From the IMG/VR virus record IMGVR_UViG_3300045988_114220: a stretch of DNA of 59,525 nt. One strand, 5' to 3'. How positions within the stretch are numbered: position 1 is the stretch's first letter; each line of letters starts with the position of its first letter. The translations under genes were made by a program, and so were the position numbers. Under the pieces are notes generated by a model. It was not told the origin of the DNA, did no database searches, and saw only the letters and a list, made by a program, of their open reading frames with translations. This document shows positions 57,822-59,525 of the stretch, piece after piece. Origin of the DNA: a virus.

Positions 57822-58892
57822 ATGAGTAATTTTGACCTTACGGGGCTTGCCGTTAGTTCGGTATTCCCGACAAACAAAGTAATCACCGACGACAAGGGAC
57901 TCCCCTCTGTTATGGTGTATATTCCGAAATTCAAGATGTCCGACGTTATCACGGGCGGAAGCGACAGCGTACACCCGGCGTTTATCGTAGACGGCGTTGA
58001 GAAGAACGGTATCTACATCTCGAAGTATCAGAACAAGGTATACGACGGTCGTGCGTACTCTCTCCCCGGAGAAGACCCGGCCACAGGTATCAACTTTGAT
58101 AATTCTATCGCCCGCTGCACCGCAAAGGGTGCGGGGTGGCACTTAATGACTGCTATGGAATGGGGCGCTATCGCCTTGTGGTGCAAGAAAAACGGTTGGT
58201 TGCCCTACGGCAATAACAACTACGGCAAGGACACACGCGAGAGCCTCTATAAAGCAGTACCGACGCTCTACGGCTCTGACGGCAAAATTAACCGCGTAGC
58301 AACAGGTACAGGCCCGGTCGAATGGAGTCATAATAAGCAGCTCGACGGTATATACGACCTCAACGGCAATGTATTTGAATGGGTCGGCGGTATGCGTCTT
58401 GTCAAGGGTGAATTACAAATCCTTGAAAACAACAACGCCGCAAACGGAAGCAACTCGCAGACGGCGGCCTCGGCGCAATGGAAAGCGATTGACGGAACAA
58501 CGGGCGAACTCATTACGCCGAACGGGACCGGCACAACCGAAAACTCCCTCAAACTTGATTATGTATCAAGCAAGTGGAAGTGGATTACGGGTACTATCTC
58601 CTCGGCGACTGACGAGGCGCGCGGCTGTACTTTTGCCAATGTGAGCGCAGACGATAATGTTTGCGCGGAGGCAAAAGGACTCCTTTACGCGATTGCAATG
58701 CTACCCGATAGCACCTCGTTCGATTACGAGGGCGACTACTTCTATGCCAACAACGGCAACGCAGAGCGGTCGCCGAGTCGTGGTGGCAGCTGGGGCTACG
58801 GGACGTATGCGGGCGTGGTCTACTCGGATTTGGGTCACGGGCGCGCGAGTACGAGCATCGACATCGGTTTCCGCTCCGCTTTTTATGATTAA
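57822..58892 (+). CDS. DGR target: tail-fibre/receptor-binding protein with FGE/C-type-lectin fold and C-terminal VR2
   Basis: C-terminal RGGSWGYGTYAGVVYSDLGHGRASTSIDIGFRSAFYD. It is the last tail gene before avd. Confidence 0.85.
   Translation: MSNFDLTGLAVSSVFPTNKVITDDKGLPSVMVYIPKFKMSDVITGGSDSVHPAFIVDGVEKNGIYISKYQNKVYDGRAYSLPGEDPATGINFDNSIARCTAKGAGWHLMTAMEWGAIALWCKKNGWLPYGNNNYGKDTRESLYKAVPTLYGSDGKINRVATGTGPVEWSHNKQLDGIYDLNGNVFEWVGGMRLVKGELQILENNNAANGSNSQTAASAQWKAIDGTTGELITPNGTGTTENSLKLDYVSSKWKWITGTISSATDEARGCTFANVSADDNVCAEAKGLLYAIAMLPDSTSFDYEGDYFYANNGNAERSPSRGGSWGYGTYAGVVYSDLGHGRASTSIDIGFRSAFYD
58765..58880 (+). repeat. DGR variable repeat VR2
   Basis: Aligns to TR 59375..59490 with about 15 adenine-site and 2 non-adenine mismatches. 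Confidence 0.85.
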
Positions 58893-58919
58893 CTGATAAC
58901 TGCATACTGAACGACTGAC

Positions 58920-58941
58920 GGGAGGGGCGGTAGCCCCTCTC
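58920..58941 (+). other. GC-rich hairpin 39 nt downstream of VR2
   Basis: gggaggggc-ggta-gcccctctc. Confidence 0.5.
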
Positions 58942-58964
58942 TATTTCGTTGGAAAGGAAAGACT

Positions 58965-59351
58965 ATGGATATTGAGAAAATCAATTATGGCAAAGACACA
59001 ACCTCTTTTATTCTCAAAGAAAAGATTGCCGATATGATAGCATACGGCAAGCCCGCCGTAGACAACTTTCCGAGGAGAGAACGGCAGACCGCCGACGAGA
59101 TACGAGCAACTATGCTGAATATGCTCCGACTGTCTATCAAGATTGAGAAAAAGTATTATTCCAAAACCGACTTACGGGACCTTGATATAGAACTCGACAC
59201 CCTGCGTCATTTTATCCGCTTTGCGCAGGATAAGAGATACTATAACCCAAATGTCGCACCGCCTCTTGCTTTCAAAAAGTACGAGGTGTGGAGCAAAATG
59301 CTGAACGAAATCGGCAGGATAATCGGAGGCTATATGAAGTACCTCAAATAG
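58965..59351 (+). CDS. avd: DGR accessory variability determinant
   Basis: 128 aa basic helical protein between the target gene and TR. Confidence 0.8.
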   Translation: MDIEKINYGKDTTSFILKEKIADMIAYGKPAVDNFPRRERQTADEIRATMLNMLRLSIKIEKKYYSKTDLRDLDIELDTLRHFIRFAQDKRYYNPNVAPPLAFKKYEVWSKMLNEIGRIIGGYMKYLK

Positions 59352-59374
59352 TGCAAAGCGGGAATATGCCATTT

Positions 59375-59490
59375 AGCGGTCGCCGTATCGTGGTGGCAAC
59401 TGGAACAACGGGACGAATGCGGGCGTGTTCTACACGAATTTGAATAACGGGCGCACGAATACGAGCAACAACATCGGTTTCCGCTCCGCT
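59375..59490 (+). repeat. DGR template repeat (TR); its 3' end is duplicated at 1..20
   Basis: Adenine-rich invariant copy of both VRs. It lies between avd and the RT. Confidence 0.85.
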
Positions 59491-59525
59491 CTGCTGTTGT
59501 GCCGGGACAAGGTGAAAATCCTACG

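Noticed and set aside
59471-59525. Terminal repeat as LTR, att or transposon end
   Set aside because: It is exactly identical to 1..55 and cuts through the TR, consistent with circular assembly overlap.

Overview
The window appears to be a complete, circularly closed genome of a temperate contractile-tailed phage. The first 55 nt are identical to the last 55 nt, giving about 59,470 bp of unique sequence. The gene order resembles the PBSX/Xkd-type phages of Gram-positive hosts. The Gram-positive host inference rests on the LysM/CHAP endolysin, lipoprotein lipoboxes and an ArpU-like late regulator. Nearly all genes are on the + strand except a large serine integrase and a CI-like repressor.

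Modules in order:
- A diversity-generating retroelement (DGR) with its accessory gene avd, template repeat (TR) and reverse transcriptase (RT) straddling the window junction.
- A lysis cassette: a CHAP + lysozyme-like + 3x LysM endolysin and small transmembrane holin-like proteins.
- Two promoter-gene-terminator morons (a lipoprotein and a small ORF).
- An integrase with a cI/cro switch.
- A replication/recombination block: a single-polypeptide SbcD-SbcC fusion, a DUF4373-like initiator, a DnaC-like loader, SSB, RecU and a MazG-like protein.
- A DNA-modification island: a multi-TRD cytosine-5 methyltransferase interrupted at a G9 tract, MetK, a PAPS-reductase-like ATP-PPase, two SPL-type radical SAM proteins, two tandem ParB-like proteins and a PLP fold-II enzyme.
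- Packaging (TerS, TerL, portal, Mu-F), head, sheath, tube, a tail chaperone with a -1 frameshift, tape measure, and a baseplate/fibre module.

The DGR has two adenine-mutagenised variable repeats (VRs). One is in a tail-fibre-like FGE/C-type-lectin-fold protein next to the cassette. The second is in a paralogous gene about 29.6 kb away in the early region. Both VRs carry a GC-rich hairpin about 40 nt downstream.

All calls were made by eye from motifs in the translated ORFs and the nucleotide sequence. No database search was possible.
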